Position numbers and translations under genes: made by a program. From a virus, in IMG/VR virus record IMGVR_UViG_3300033233_000009, positions 60,598 to 124,597 of that record: a stretch of DNA of 64,000 bases; one strand, given 5' to 3'. Shown in pieces: positions 1 through 7,923 of this stretch. Position 1 is the stretch's first letter. Every line of letters begins with the position of its first letter. The notes below the pieces were generated by a model. That model was not told where the DNA came from and did no database searches. It worked only from the letters and a program-made list of their open reading frames with translations.

Positions 1-157
1 AGGTGGGGGCGGATCGGATCTGGCTGAACCCGCGGGACCAGAGCACGGTCGTGGTGGCGGGCAGCGTCACTACCGAGGACTGGATCCGGTGCCCCGGGCT
101 CGGCTGCACATGGGTGTTCAAGATCGACGACTCGGTGGTTCACACCCGGGGGCCCTG

Positions 158-538
158 ATGGCGGGCATCTTCGACCACGAGACCGAGCAGGCCACCGACG
201 CGGCCGCGCAGGAAGCTGACAGCCAATCGGCGGACCTGATCCAGCAGGCGGTGCAGACGATGCAGGCCGTGCAGGCGAGCCTGCCGCGCGATCAGGGCAT
301 GGGCGTGTTCGCGTACGGCGCCCCGAGTGCGCCGGGCTGGCCGGCTGCGCCCCAGCCGTTCGTGCCGGCCACCCCCGTGCAGCCGATCCCAGTCCCATCG
401 CTCTGGATGGACCCGCCGCCGCCGCACGCCGATGCGGAGTTCGCGGCGCTGGGCAAGATCCTGGACGCCCTGGCTGGCCTTCCGCCCGAGGCGCAGAAGC
501 GGCTCGTGCGCTACCTCGCGTCGAGGTACGAGCCGTGA
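158..538 (+). CDS. hypothetical protein (Pro/Gln-rich)
   Basis: ORF 89..538; the ATG at 158 (MAGIFDHE) is the more plausible start; codon usage looks coding. Confidence 0.55.
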   Translation: MAGIFDHETEQATDAAAQEADSQSADLIQQAVQTMQAVQASLPRDQGMGVFAYGAPSAPGWPAAPQPFVPATPVQPIPVPSLWMDPPPPHADAEFAALGKILDALAGLPPEAQKRLVRYLASRYEP

Positions 539-662
539 CGGCTTGTGCTACCTTGCTCTGCAAGGCGTGGCGGCTCAATGGGTCCCCCCCCTCCTGTTGC
601 CTGTCGCGCCCAGCCTGTCCGTCGGGGAACCCCTGGCGGGCAGGCGCTTTGGGGGGAAGACG

Positions 663-905
663 GTGAGCGCGCGGGAGCCGCCTGCGTGGCTGGAGGCGCT
701 GGACACCGTGTTCTTCGGCATCGACTGGGCGGTGCTACTCGCGACGGTGGCCTTCGTGGTGCACGCGCTCGGCTGGAAGTCGCTGCCGGTCGTGTTCCTG
801 CCGCTGTTCTGCGCGTACTCGGTGGGCAAGCGGCTTGCGACCGACAAGTGGATGCGGGCGATGGACGCGAAGGTCGCCGAGCTGAAGAAGCGGGAGGAGC
901 GGTGA
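663..905 (+). CDS. small membrane protein
   Basis: GTG at 663; two hydrophobic segments (FFGIDWAVLLATVAFVV, LPVVFLPLFCAY); stop overlaps next start. Confidence 0.55.
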   Translation: MSAREPPAWLEALDTVFFGIDWAVLLATVAFVVHALGWKSLPVVFLPLFCAYSVGKRLATDKWMRAMDAKVAELKKREER

Positions 906-1141
906 TTGCGCGCAAGCGCAAGAAGGCGCCGCGAGCGCGCCTCGTGGTGAAGACGCCGGTGCGGTTCCGGGTGCACGCGATCATCAGCGAGAAGGTCGAG
1001 CAGGGTGTGCGCTACGGGTACAGCCGCGCGCACAAGCACACGAACACGCCGAACGCGGAGGCGTTCACCGAAGCCATCGAGCAGGCCGTCATGGACGCGC
1101 TGTCGGAGGTGATCGACTTCGAGCCGGAGTTCGACGAGTGA
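902..1141 (+). CDS. hypothetical phage protein
   Basis: GTGA overlap with upstream gene, GGAG RBS, acidic C-terminus. Confidence 0.6.
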   Translation: MIARKRKKAPRARLVVKTPVRFRVHAIISEKVEQGVRYGYSRAHKHTNTPNAEAFTEAIEQAVMDALSEVIDFEPEFDE

Positions 1142-1200
1142 AGACATCCGCGCGGCAGGCCCTTGCGTGCCCACCGAGCAGGTGTTATAGCGTCTGTACG

Positions 1201-1407
1201 ATGAAACAACGGTGGACGGCCGCGCGCGTACAGGCGGCCCGGAAGCGCCTGGCGCTGACGCAGGAGCAGTTTGCAGGGCTGCTCGGGGTCACGTTCGCGA
1301 CGGTCAATCGCTGGGAAGCCGGCCACTCCTCGCCGAGGGGGCTGTCCGTGCGGGCGCTGGATGCGCTGGCGATGCCGGGCGACGCCGGCAGCGGGAAGGG
1401 GCGGTAG
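1201..1407 (+). CDS. XRE/Cro-family HTH transcriptional regulator
   Basis: ARKRLALTQEQFAGLLGVTFATVNRWEAG is a canonical HTH_3 signature; TTGCGT-N17-TATAGC promoter-like element just upstream. Confidence 0.85.
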   Translation: MKQRWTAARVQAARKRLALTQEQFAGLLGVTFATVNRWEAGHSSPRGLSVRALDALAMPGDAGSGKGR

Positions 1408-1458
1408 GGGCAGTGCGGGCGACCCACGAGGCCGTGCAAGGGGCGCCGCCGAACTGAC

Positions 1459-1845
1459 ATGACGGACTTCGGAGGCATGGGCGGCGTGCAGGGCGGCCGA
1501 CCGCGGAACCCGGACGACCCGTTCGAGGCGGCGGTGGAGCGGGCGCTCGGCGAGCGGCTGCGCAAGGAACATGTCGGAGTGCCGCGCCTCGGCTGGTACG
1601 AGGGCAGGGCCATCGGCAATCGCCTGTGGGGCTCGCTCGCGAACGTGGACTGGACGCACGAGAACGGCGACACGGCGAGCTACTCGTTGCGGGCGGCCGG
1701 CGACCTGATCGCGGCCATCGTCGGCGAGGGCGACTACATGACCTACTACTGCTCCGCGGAGCACGGCGTCATCGACGAGGAGATCGCCGATGCGATGGCG
1801 CGCGAGGGCTGGACGGCGAGCGTGATGGAGGCGGAGGGAACATGA
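1459..1845 (+). CDS. hypothetical protein
   Basis: ORF with coding-like composition; ATGA overlap with next gene. Confidence 0.6.
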   Translation: MTDFGGMGGVQGGRPRNPDDPFEAAVERALGERLRKEHVGVPRLGWYEGRAIGNRLWGSLANVDWTHENGDTASYSLRAAGDLIAAIVGEGDYMTYYCSAEHGVIDEEIADAMAREGWTASVMEAEGT

Positions 1846-2123
1846 GCGTCACGACGATCACTGGGCTGTTGCTCGCTGCCGCGTGGGGTTGGTTGGGCTA
1901 CCGCCACGGGCGACGGAGCGGCATCCGGGCCGAGCGGCTGCGCGTGCTCTACGGCATGGACGTCGCCTTGAACCTCCTGTCGAGCCCGGCGCTCCACTAC
2001 CTGAACGGCTGGATTCGCGGGGACATCGACGAGGACTATCTCCGCGCCGGGGTCCGCGACTACGCGAAGCGGAAGCAGGAGAAGCACGAGGCGGAGCGCA
2101 AGCAGTGGAGGGGGCCACTATGA
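1842..2123 (+). CDS. small protein with N-terminal transmembrane helix
   Basis: ATG at 1842 after GGAGGG; ITGLLLAAAWGWLGY. Confidence 0.6.
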   Translation: MSVTTITGLLLAAAWGWLGYRHGRRSGIRAERLRVLYGMDVALNLLSSPALHYLNGWIRGDIDEDYLRAGVRDYAKRKQEKHEAERKQWRGPL

Positions 2124-2515
2124 GCCCGACTGCTGCCGCTGAGGCCGCGGAGCTACGCGCCGCCGAGCTAGCGCTCGGGAACCTGCCCGAGCGAGCGCTC
2201 ACGCTGCTGTACCGCTCGCTCGTGCAGAACCGCCACCTGAGCCCGCTGGAGCACCCGGCCCGGCCGATGACCGAGTGGGAGCTGGACGCCTTCCGTCAGG
2301 TCGAGGCGGAGTTCTTCACGCCGGACGGCACGCGCACGCTGCGCGTTGCCCCGGCCTTCGTGGACGCGGTGAACGCCGGGAACGTCCCTGTGCGACTGAC
2401 GGGCACGCCTCGGGATGTCTACTACTGCGGAAATTACAACGGCTGGGTCCAGCTACGGAAGCTGATCCCCGGCGAAGCGGTGTACGTGGACACGGAAAGA
2501 AAGGATCGAACATGA
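2120..2515 (+). CDS. ThyX C-terminal-fragment paralog, translationally coupled to the Cas12 gene
   Basis: HLSPLEHPARPMT and YCGNYNGWVQLRKLIPGEA match the C-terminal part of the ThyX at 7920-9167; lacks the RHR motif; ATGA overlap with cas12. Confidence 0.7.
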   Translation: MSPTAAAEAAELRAAELALGNLPERALTLLYRSLVQNRHLSPLEHPARPMTEWELDAFRQVEAEFFTPDGTRTLRVAPAFVDAVNAGNVPVRLTGTPRDVYYCGNYNGWVQLRKLIPGEAVYVDTERKDRT

Positions 2516-4629
2516 AACGTCGAACGTCCCAAGCATTGGTCGGTATCTGGACTGGATTCGCACGGCCGCCCGTGGAGGGGGCCGCTCTGGTGCGGCGAGA
2601 GCTGGAGAAGGCGCACGACTACTACAACCAGATCGTGCAGTTGGAGCTGGACAGGCGGACCCTGTACCGCGCTGCGCGCGGGACGGTCGGGGAGACCCTC
2701 ACCGCCCTCCAGGCGGAGATGGACGCGCTGAACGAGAAGATCACGGCGGAGGTCGGCGGCCTGCGCGCAGTGCGCCAGGCGGCGCGGACGCGCGTCGAGG
2801 ATCCCGCGGCGAGTGCCAGGATCAAGGCGGTGAAGGAGGAGCGGCGGGCGCTCGCCGAGCGGCTCAAGGCGGCGCGCGCGGAGGCCGAGAAGGTCTACGG
2901 GCCGGGCAACGAGGAGCTGAGCCAGCGGAGCGCCCGTCTGGCGGAGGGGAACACGGCGTCGCGCATCCGGGAGAAGACGAACCGCGCGGCGCTGGAGGAA
3001 ATGCTCACGGAGCCGGAGTGGGCTGACGAGTGGAAGATGGTCGCGCGGATCAATCACGACGCGAACGAGGTGAAGAAGCAGATCCGGGCCGCCTGTGGCC
3101 TCACCCCCGGCACGTACCTGCTGGTCGAGAAAGCGGTCGAGGCTGCGTTCGCGCCGCCGCCGAAGGGGCGGCCGCCGCGGCCCGACCCGCGCCCGAAGGA
3201 GCGGTTCATCGGCGAGGGGCGCCTCGGTGTGCAGGTGCACCGGCTGCCGGTGGCAGACCTGCTGGCGGGTCGCAACGGGCAGATCGCCCTGCGCATGAGC
3301 GACCGGCTCCCGAACGGAGCGAAGGCGGCGCAGCGGTACGGCACGCTGCGCATGCGGGTCACCACCGACGGTCAGTACGCCGAGTTCCCGGTGAAGCTCC
3401 ACCGGCCACTGCCGCAGGACGGGTTCATCACGCAAATCTGGATCCGCGCAGAGCGGCAAGGACCGCGGACGCTGTATTCGCTCCAGTGCGTCGTGGAGTC
3501 GCCGCAGTGGGCGAAGCCTGGCCCGGTCGAGGGTGCCGGGACGATTGCCATTGACACCGGCTGGCGCGTCATGGATGGCGGCATCCGGGTGGCCTACTGG
3601 ATGGACGACCACGGGCGGCACGGGCAGCTCCTCGTCCCGGAGGGGGTGCGGAAGGCGATCGACTACGCCGACGTGCTGCGCGGCCGGGCGGACGATCACT
3701 TCAACGCCGCGTGCGCGGAGTTGCGCGCGTGGATGGTCGCCAACCCGGGGCACGTCCCGGCCTGGATGCAAGCCGCGACGGCGACGATGCCGTACTGGCG
3801 CGCGCACGGGAATCTCATCCGGGTGGCCCGGCGGCTGGGGGCCGACCACGGCCTGTGGAAGCAGTGGCGCATCGACCGGAAGGCGGCGGGGCTCGACCTG
3901 TTCGGCACGTTCGCGGAGGTGAGCGCGTGGCTCCAGCAGAGGCATGCCGCGACGACGGCCCCCGTCCACCCGCTCATGCAGATCGCCGTCTACCTGGAGT
4001 GGTGGCGGCGGAAGGACGCGCACCTCTACGACTGGGAGATCCGCGAGCGGCGCTACGCCGAGAACGCGCGGACCGAGATGTTCCGCAAGGTCTGCCAGGT
4101 CGCCCGGCAGTACGAGCACGTGCTGGTCGAGAAGATCGACCTGCCGAAGTTCGCCAAGAACGCCTCGGCCGAGGAGAAGGTGAACCGGGACTGGCTGCAC
4201 CGGGTGGCGCGCATCGCATCGCCCGGCGACCTCGCCGCACGGCTCATGGAGACGTGCAAGGGGCAGGCGGAGAAGATGGCGCCGCACAACAACACGCGCA
4301 CGTGCCACAAGTGCGGTCACGTGAACAATGCGTGGGAGCGGCAGGCGGATAGGGTCCAGACCTGCGCGGGGTGTGCGGCGAGCTGGGACCAGGACGAGAA
4401 CGCTTGCCGGGTGATGCTGGCGCTGTGGCACGGGCATGCGCCCGGTGGCGAGCGCGAGCGGTCGGGTGATGCACCGACCACGGCACCCGCTCGCAGCGCG
4501 GAAAACAAGCCCGCTCGCAGCGGGGAAGTGGCAGATCGGCAGCCCACGGGGTCTTCCGATCTGGGGCGCCCGAGGGACCGCTCGCAAGGCGGTCGCCAAG
4601 GGCCCGAAAGGATAGCAGGGCCCGGATGA
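2512..4629 (+). CDS. cas12m: type V CRISPR effector, Cas12m (V-M/V-U1)-like, TnpB-derived, about 705 aa
   Basis: ATG at 2512 with AAAGGA RBS; N-terminal AHDYYNQIVQLE plus long coiled coil; GLTPGTYLLVE; GEGRLGVQ; KLHRPLP; RuvC-I IAIDTGWR; RuvC-II VLVEKIDL; Zn finger CHKC..CAGC; RuvC-III WDQDENAC; CRISPR array begins 4 nt after the stop. Subtype judged from recalled motifs only. Confidence 0.8.
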   Translation: MKRRTSQALVGIWTGFARPPVEGAALVRRELEKAHDYYNQIVQLELDRRTLYRAARGTVGETLTALQAEMDALNEKITAEVGGLRAVRQAARTRVEDPAASARIKAVKEERRALAERLKAARAEAEKVYGPGNEELSQRSARLAEGNTASRIREKTNRAALEEMLTEPEWADEWKMVARINHDANEVKKQIRAACGLTPGTYLLVEKAVEAAFAPPPKGRPPRPDPRPKERFIGEGRLGVQVHRLPVADLLAGRNGQIALRMSDRLPNGAKAAQRYGTLRMRVTTDGQYAEFPVKLHRPLPQDGFITQIWIRAERQGPRTLYSLQCVVESPQWAKPGPVEGAGTIAIDTGWRVMDGGIRVAYWMDDHGRHGQLLVPEGVRKAIDYADVLRGRADDHFNAACAELRAWMVANPGHVPAWMQAATATMPYWRAHGNLIRVARRLGADHGLWKQWRIDRKAAGLDLFGTFAEVSAWLQQRHAATTAPVHPLMQIAVYLEWWRRKDAHLYDWEIRERRYAENARTEMFRKVCQVARQYEHVLVEKIDLPKFAKNASAEEKVNRDWLHRVARIASPGDLAARLMETCKGQAEKMAPHNNTRTCHKCGHVNNAWERQADRVQTCAGCAASWDQDENACRVMLALWHGHAPGGERERSGDAPTTAPARSAENKPARSGEVADRQPTGSSDLGRPRDRSQGGRQGPERIAGPG

Positions 4630-4632
4630 CGG
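4454..4632 (+). promoter_or_regulatory. putative CRISPR leader overlapping the cas12 3' end
   Basis: 10-bp inverted repeat GCGAGCGGTC (4454-4463)/GACCGCTCGC (4576-4585); 13-nt direct repeat CCCGCTCGCAGCG (4486, 4510); partial repeat GTCGCCAAGG at 4592. Confidence 0.55.
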
Positions 4633-6289
4633 GTCGCCAAGGCAGCGCGGGGCCTTCGACGCCGCGACCCGCGCGTCCGTCCATGCGTAGTGCGCGCCGC
4701 TGGGTCGCCAAGGCAGCGCGGGGCCTTCGACGCCGCGACCCGCTGCCGCTCGCCGGGGCCGGCTCGGAGGAGCTGCCGTCGCCAAGGCAGCGCGGGGCCT
4801 TCGACGCCGCGACGCGCGATCGACGTCCTTCCGCGCGGCCTCCACCTTGTCGCCAAGGCAGCGCGGGGCCTTCGACGCCGCGACTGTGCGCCCGTTAGTC
4901 TACTCCATGCGCCTCCGGCGGTCGCCAAGGCAGCGCGGGGCCTTCGACGCCGCGACTGGCGGCCCGCCTCCCTCCGGTGCGGTGCGCTCCGGGTCGCCAA
5001 GGCAGCGCGGGGCCTTCGACGCCGCGACAACGAGGCGCCGCCCGACGGCATCGACGACATCGCGGAGGAGGTCGCCAAGGCAGCGCGGGGCCTTCGACGC
5101 CGCGACTGGGGCAGGGAGCCGGATCGGGTGTATGCTTGGGCTTGGGTCGCCAAGGCAGCGCGGGGCCTTCGACGCCGCGACTGCTCTCTCTCTCTCCTTC
5201 TCTATTTTTCTCCTCTCTCTGTCGCCAAGGCAGCGCGGGGCCTTCGACGCCGCGACGCGTGCTCCGTGTCGGGGGACGGCTCCTCCGTTGCGTCAAGTCG
5301 CCAAGGCAGCGCGGGGCCTTCGACGCCGCGACGACAGGCGCTTCGGGAGCACATGATTCGCGAGCTGGGTCGCCAAGGCAGCGCGGGGCCTTCGACGCCG
5401 CGACAAGCCGGTTTGGTCCTCCCGGCTGGCGGCCCTGCTCGGGTCGCCAAGGCAGCGCGGGGCCTTCGACGCCGCGACCTTTCCTGTTGGTGCGACGGGC
5501 ACGGAGACCCGTCCAGTCGCCAAGGCAGCGCGGGGCCTTCGACGCCGCGACCTCCCGTGGACAGCCCCGTGTGCTTGGCAACTTCGAGGTCGCCAAGGCA
5601 GCGCGGGGCCTTCGACGCCGCGACTAGTCGCTCGGCTGCAGCAGCAAGTCGGAGAGGACGACGGTCGCCAAGGCAGCGCGGGGCCTTCGACGCCGCGACC
5701 TCGCAACATGCAGAGGGTCAGGGGACGCCCCTCGCCGAGGGTCGCCAAGGCAGCGCGGGGCCTTCGACGCCGCGACTATCCGCTCCGCCCGATCAGACGC
5801 TGCGCCCGTCGGAGTCGCCAAGGCAGCGCGGGGCCTTCGACGCCGCGACGAGATCCTCGGCGAGCAAGACCCGGTGGCCCCTCACCAGTCGCCAAGGCAG
5901 CGCGGGGCCTTCGACGCCGCGACCATCCCGCCCTGGAGTGAGTCCGACCTGCGCCACAAGGTCGCCAAGGCAGCGCGGGGCCTTCGACGCCGCGACGAGC
6001 ACGCCGTCGGTGAAGAGGCGGATTTCTACTTCGTCGCCAAGGCAGCGCGGGGCCTTCGACGCCGCGACCGAGGGTCCGAGTGGAGCTGGGGTCGCTGATG
6101 CCGGAGTCGCCAAGGCAGCGCGGGGCCTTCGACGCCGCGACCGGGGCTGGATACTGTGACAATCGCCCGGGCAGCAATGCATGTCGCCAAGGCAGCGCGG
6201 GGCCTTCGACGCCGCGACCCGTGCTTGCCGACGAGGATGCGGCGCGCGTCGGAGTCGCCAAGGCAGCGCGGGGCCTTCGACGCCGCGAC
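4633..6289 (+). CRISPR. CRISPR array: 23 identical 36-nt repeats GTCGCCAAGGCAGCGCGGGGCCTTCGACGCCGCGAC and 22 unique spacers of 35-42 nt
   Basis: Repeats counted at 4633, 4704, 4778, 4849, 4921, 4993, 5071, 5146, 5221, 5297, 5369, 5443, 5516, 5589, 5664, 5741, 5814, 5888, 5961, 6033, 6106, 6183, 6254; orientation inferred from cas12 and leader position. Confidence 0.98.
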
Positions 6290-6313
6290 TGGTAAGCGCT
6301 GGCGGGGGGCGCC

Positions 6314-6348
6314 TTGACGCCGGTGCTGCCACCGGCTAAGGTGCCGCC
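6314..6348 (+). promoter_or_regulatory. sigma70-type leaderless promoter
   Basis: TTGACG-N17-TAAGGT-gccgcc-ATG(6349); near-identical copy on the minus strand at 45733-45775. Confidence 0.7.
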
Positions 6349-6558
6349 ATGTACCGTGACTTCGGGGAGAACATCCAATTCCCGCGTGGCGTCGCCGCAG
6401 AGGTCGAGAACCGGGCCGACGACGCGATCGTGCGCCTGTGCTTCACGACCCTGGAGCAAGGGGAGGCATGCGTGCAGACGCTGCGTGAGGCCGCCGACCG
6501 GATGGAGAAGGAGCTGACGCTGTGGCGGAAGGCCCAGAGCGAGGGGAAGTGGCTGTGA
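6349..6558 (+). CDS. hypothetical protein
   Basis: ATG directly after the promoter; overlaps next gene. Confidence 0.6.
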   Translation: MYRDFGENIQFPRGVAAEVENRADDAIVRLCFTTLEQGEACVQTLREAADRMEKELTLWRKAQSEGKWL

Positions 6559-6752
6559 AGCTCGTCGAACGCTGGCCACTCACGATCCTTTACCTGCTGC
6601 TCCTCGGAGTGACGGCGGTTCTCGGAAGCGTCTTCGCGGCGATACTGTGGAAGCTGGGCCCGTGGTGGACCGGAGGGGGCCTGGTCGTCTCGATGTTCTG
6701 TGCGTTCGTGGAGATCGACCGACGGGCGCAGCGGCGAGGAGGACGGCGATGA
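6555..6752 (+). CDS. small membrane protein (2 TM)
   Basis: GTG at 6555; ILYLLLLGVTAVLGSVFAAILW. Confidence 0.6.
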   Translation: MKLVERWPLTILYLLLLGVTAVLGSVFAAILWKLGPWWTGGGLVVSMFCAFVEIDRRAQRRGGRR

Positions 6753-7018
6753 CTGAGGTTACTCTCCTCTGGAGCTTGGCATGCATCTTCACGGGGCTCG
6801 CATGGTACCGGTACGGGCTTCGTAAAGGCCGCCGAGAGGTCCGCGATGCCGCGCTGACGGCCATCGTCTCCGCGCTGCACGAGGTGCGGACGAGAGAGGC
6901 AGTCGCGACGGTCGGCAGCCTCTACCGGGTCGTCGATGGCGAGTGGACCGACGAGCAGATGCGGGATCAGATACGGGCGATACAGTCGGAAACACGGGAG
7001 ATCGGGAGGCAGCGATGA
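6749..7018 (+). CDS. membrane-anchored hypothetical protein
   Basis: ATG at 6749 with GGAGG RBS; N-terminal TM followed by YGLRKGRRE, similar in layout to 1842-2123. Confidence 0.55.
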   Translation: MTEVTLLWSLACIFTGLAWYRYGLRKGRREVRDAALTAIVSALHEVRTREAVATVGSLYRVVDGEWTDEQMRDQIRAIQSETREIGRQR

Positions 7019-7320
7019 GGGGCTTGGCGTTAGGTCTGTTCAGCGTGCTCGGGGTCGTGATCATCGGGTCCATGGTCGTTGGAGTCCACGAACTGCTCGA
7101 CCGCCTTGCGCGCGACGCGGCCGGCTCCTGCTGGGTGGACCCGCGCCCCGAAGTGCGACTCGACTTCGACTTCTACACCGGCATCGACGGGCAGCTGTCG
7201 CGCTGCGGGTACTCGCGGGGCACGCTGGGTAGGGCGCAAGCCATCGCTGGAGATCCGCGTGAGGGCTTCGTCGATGTCGTCCGCTGCTACCCGCTCGCCA
7301 GGAAGGAGTGCCCGAAGTGA
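7015..7320 (+). CDS. membrane-anchored hypothetical protein
   Basis: ATG at 7015 with GGAGG RBS; N-terminal TM. Confidence 0.55.
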   Translation: MRGLALGLFSVLGVVIIGSMVVGVHELLDRLARDAAGSCWVDPRPEVRLDFDFYTGIDGQLSRCGYSRGTLGRAQAIAGDPREGFVDVVRCYPLARKECPK

Positions 7321-7565
7321 AGGTCGCGCTGAACATCGTGCTGTTCTCGGCATTCATCTTTCTCGGCTTCATGCTCGGGCGCGTCCACGAGATGAATGAC
7401 CACGCCGAGCGTGACGTGAAGGAGTGCTTCGCTTGCGGTCAGACGCAGGCGTGCGCATTCGGTCCCGGCATCGTTGGCGTGCAGTCGTGCGAGGTCGGCT
7501 ACAAGTGGGGCCGCTGCGAGCCGGACCCGCGGTTCAAGGTGCCGCGCGAAGGAGAGGTCAAGTGA
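7317..7565 (+). CDS. membrane-anchored Cys-rich protein
   Basis: N-terminal TM; CFACGQTQAC..GVQSC..WGRCE disulfide-type motif. Confidence 0.55.
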   Translation: MKVALNIVLFSAFIFLGFMLGRVHEMNDHAERDVKECFACGQTQACAFGPGIVGVQSCEVGYKWGRCEPDPRFKVPREGEVK

Positions 7566-7641
7566 CCCAGACCGAAGAAGAAGCCACGCAGAAGTACGCG
7601 CGTGAACTGGACGTGCGAACCGTCGGGAGCATCCGGTACTG

Positions 7642-7923
7642 ATGCGCGAGCGAACGATCCTCGCGCCAGGTGCCTACGCGGTGCCGCTGGCGGACTACCC
7701 GAAGTGCAAGCACTGCGGCGCGCTCAAGTACGCGGTCTTCGACGCGTCGCCCGGCGGCTTCAGCGGCGGCTCGGAGCACATCCACGCCCCGCACTGCCCC
7801 GAGCTTCGGTGCGAGCACGGCGTCCTCTGGGCCTACGAGTGCGAGAAGTGCGAGGCCGCGGACGAGGCACGCAGGAAGCAGGAAGCGGAGTTGTCCCGGT
7901 TCCGGGACGAGGAGTACCAATGA
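7642..7923 (+). CDS. Zn-finger hypothetical protein
   Basis: CKHC, CEHG..CEKC. Confidence 0.55.
   Translation: MRERTILAPGAYAVPLADYPKCKHCGALKYAVFDASPGGFSGGSEHIHAPHCPELRCEHGVLWAYECEKCEAADEARRKQEAELSRFRDEEYQ

Noticed and set aside
2512-4629. Plain IS605/IS607 TnpB transposon
   Set aside because: No TnpA seen, larger size with coiled-coil insertion, and a directly attached CRISPR array
4317-6579. Many ORFs (e.g. 4690..6159) spanning the CRISPR array
   Set aside because: Translations of repeats and spacers; the repeat lacks stop codons
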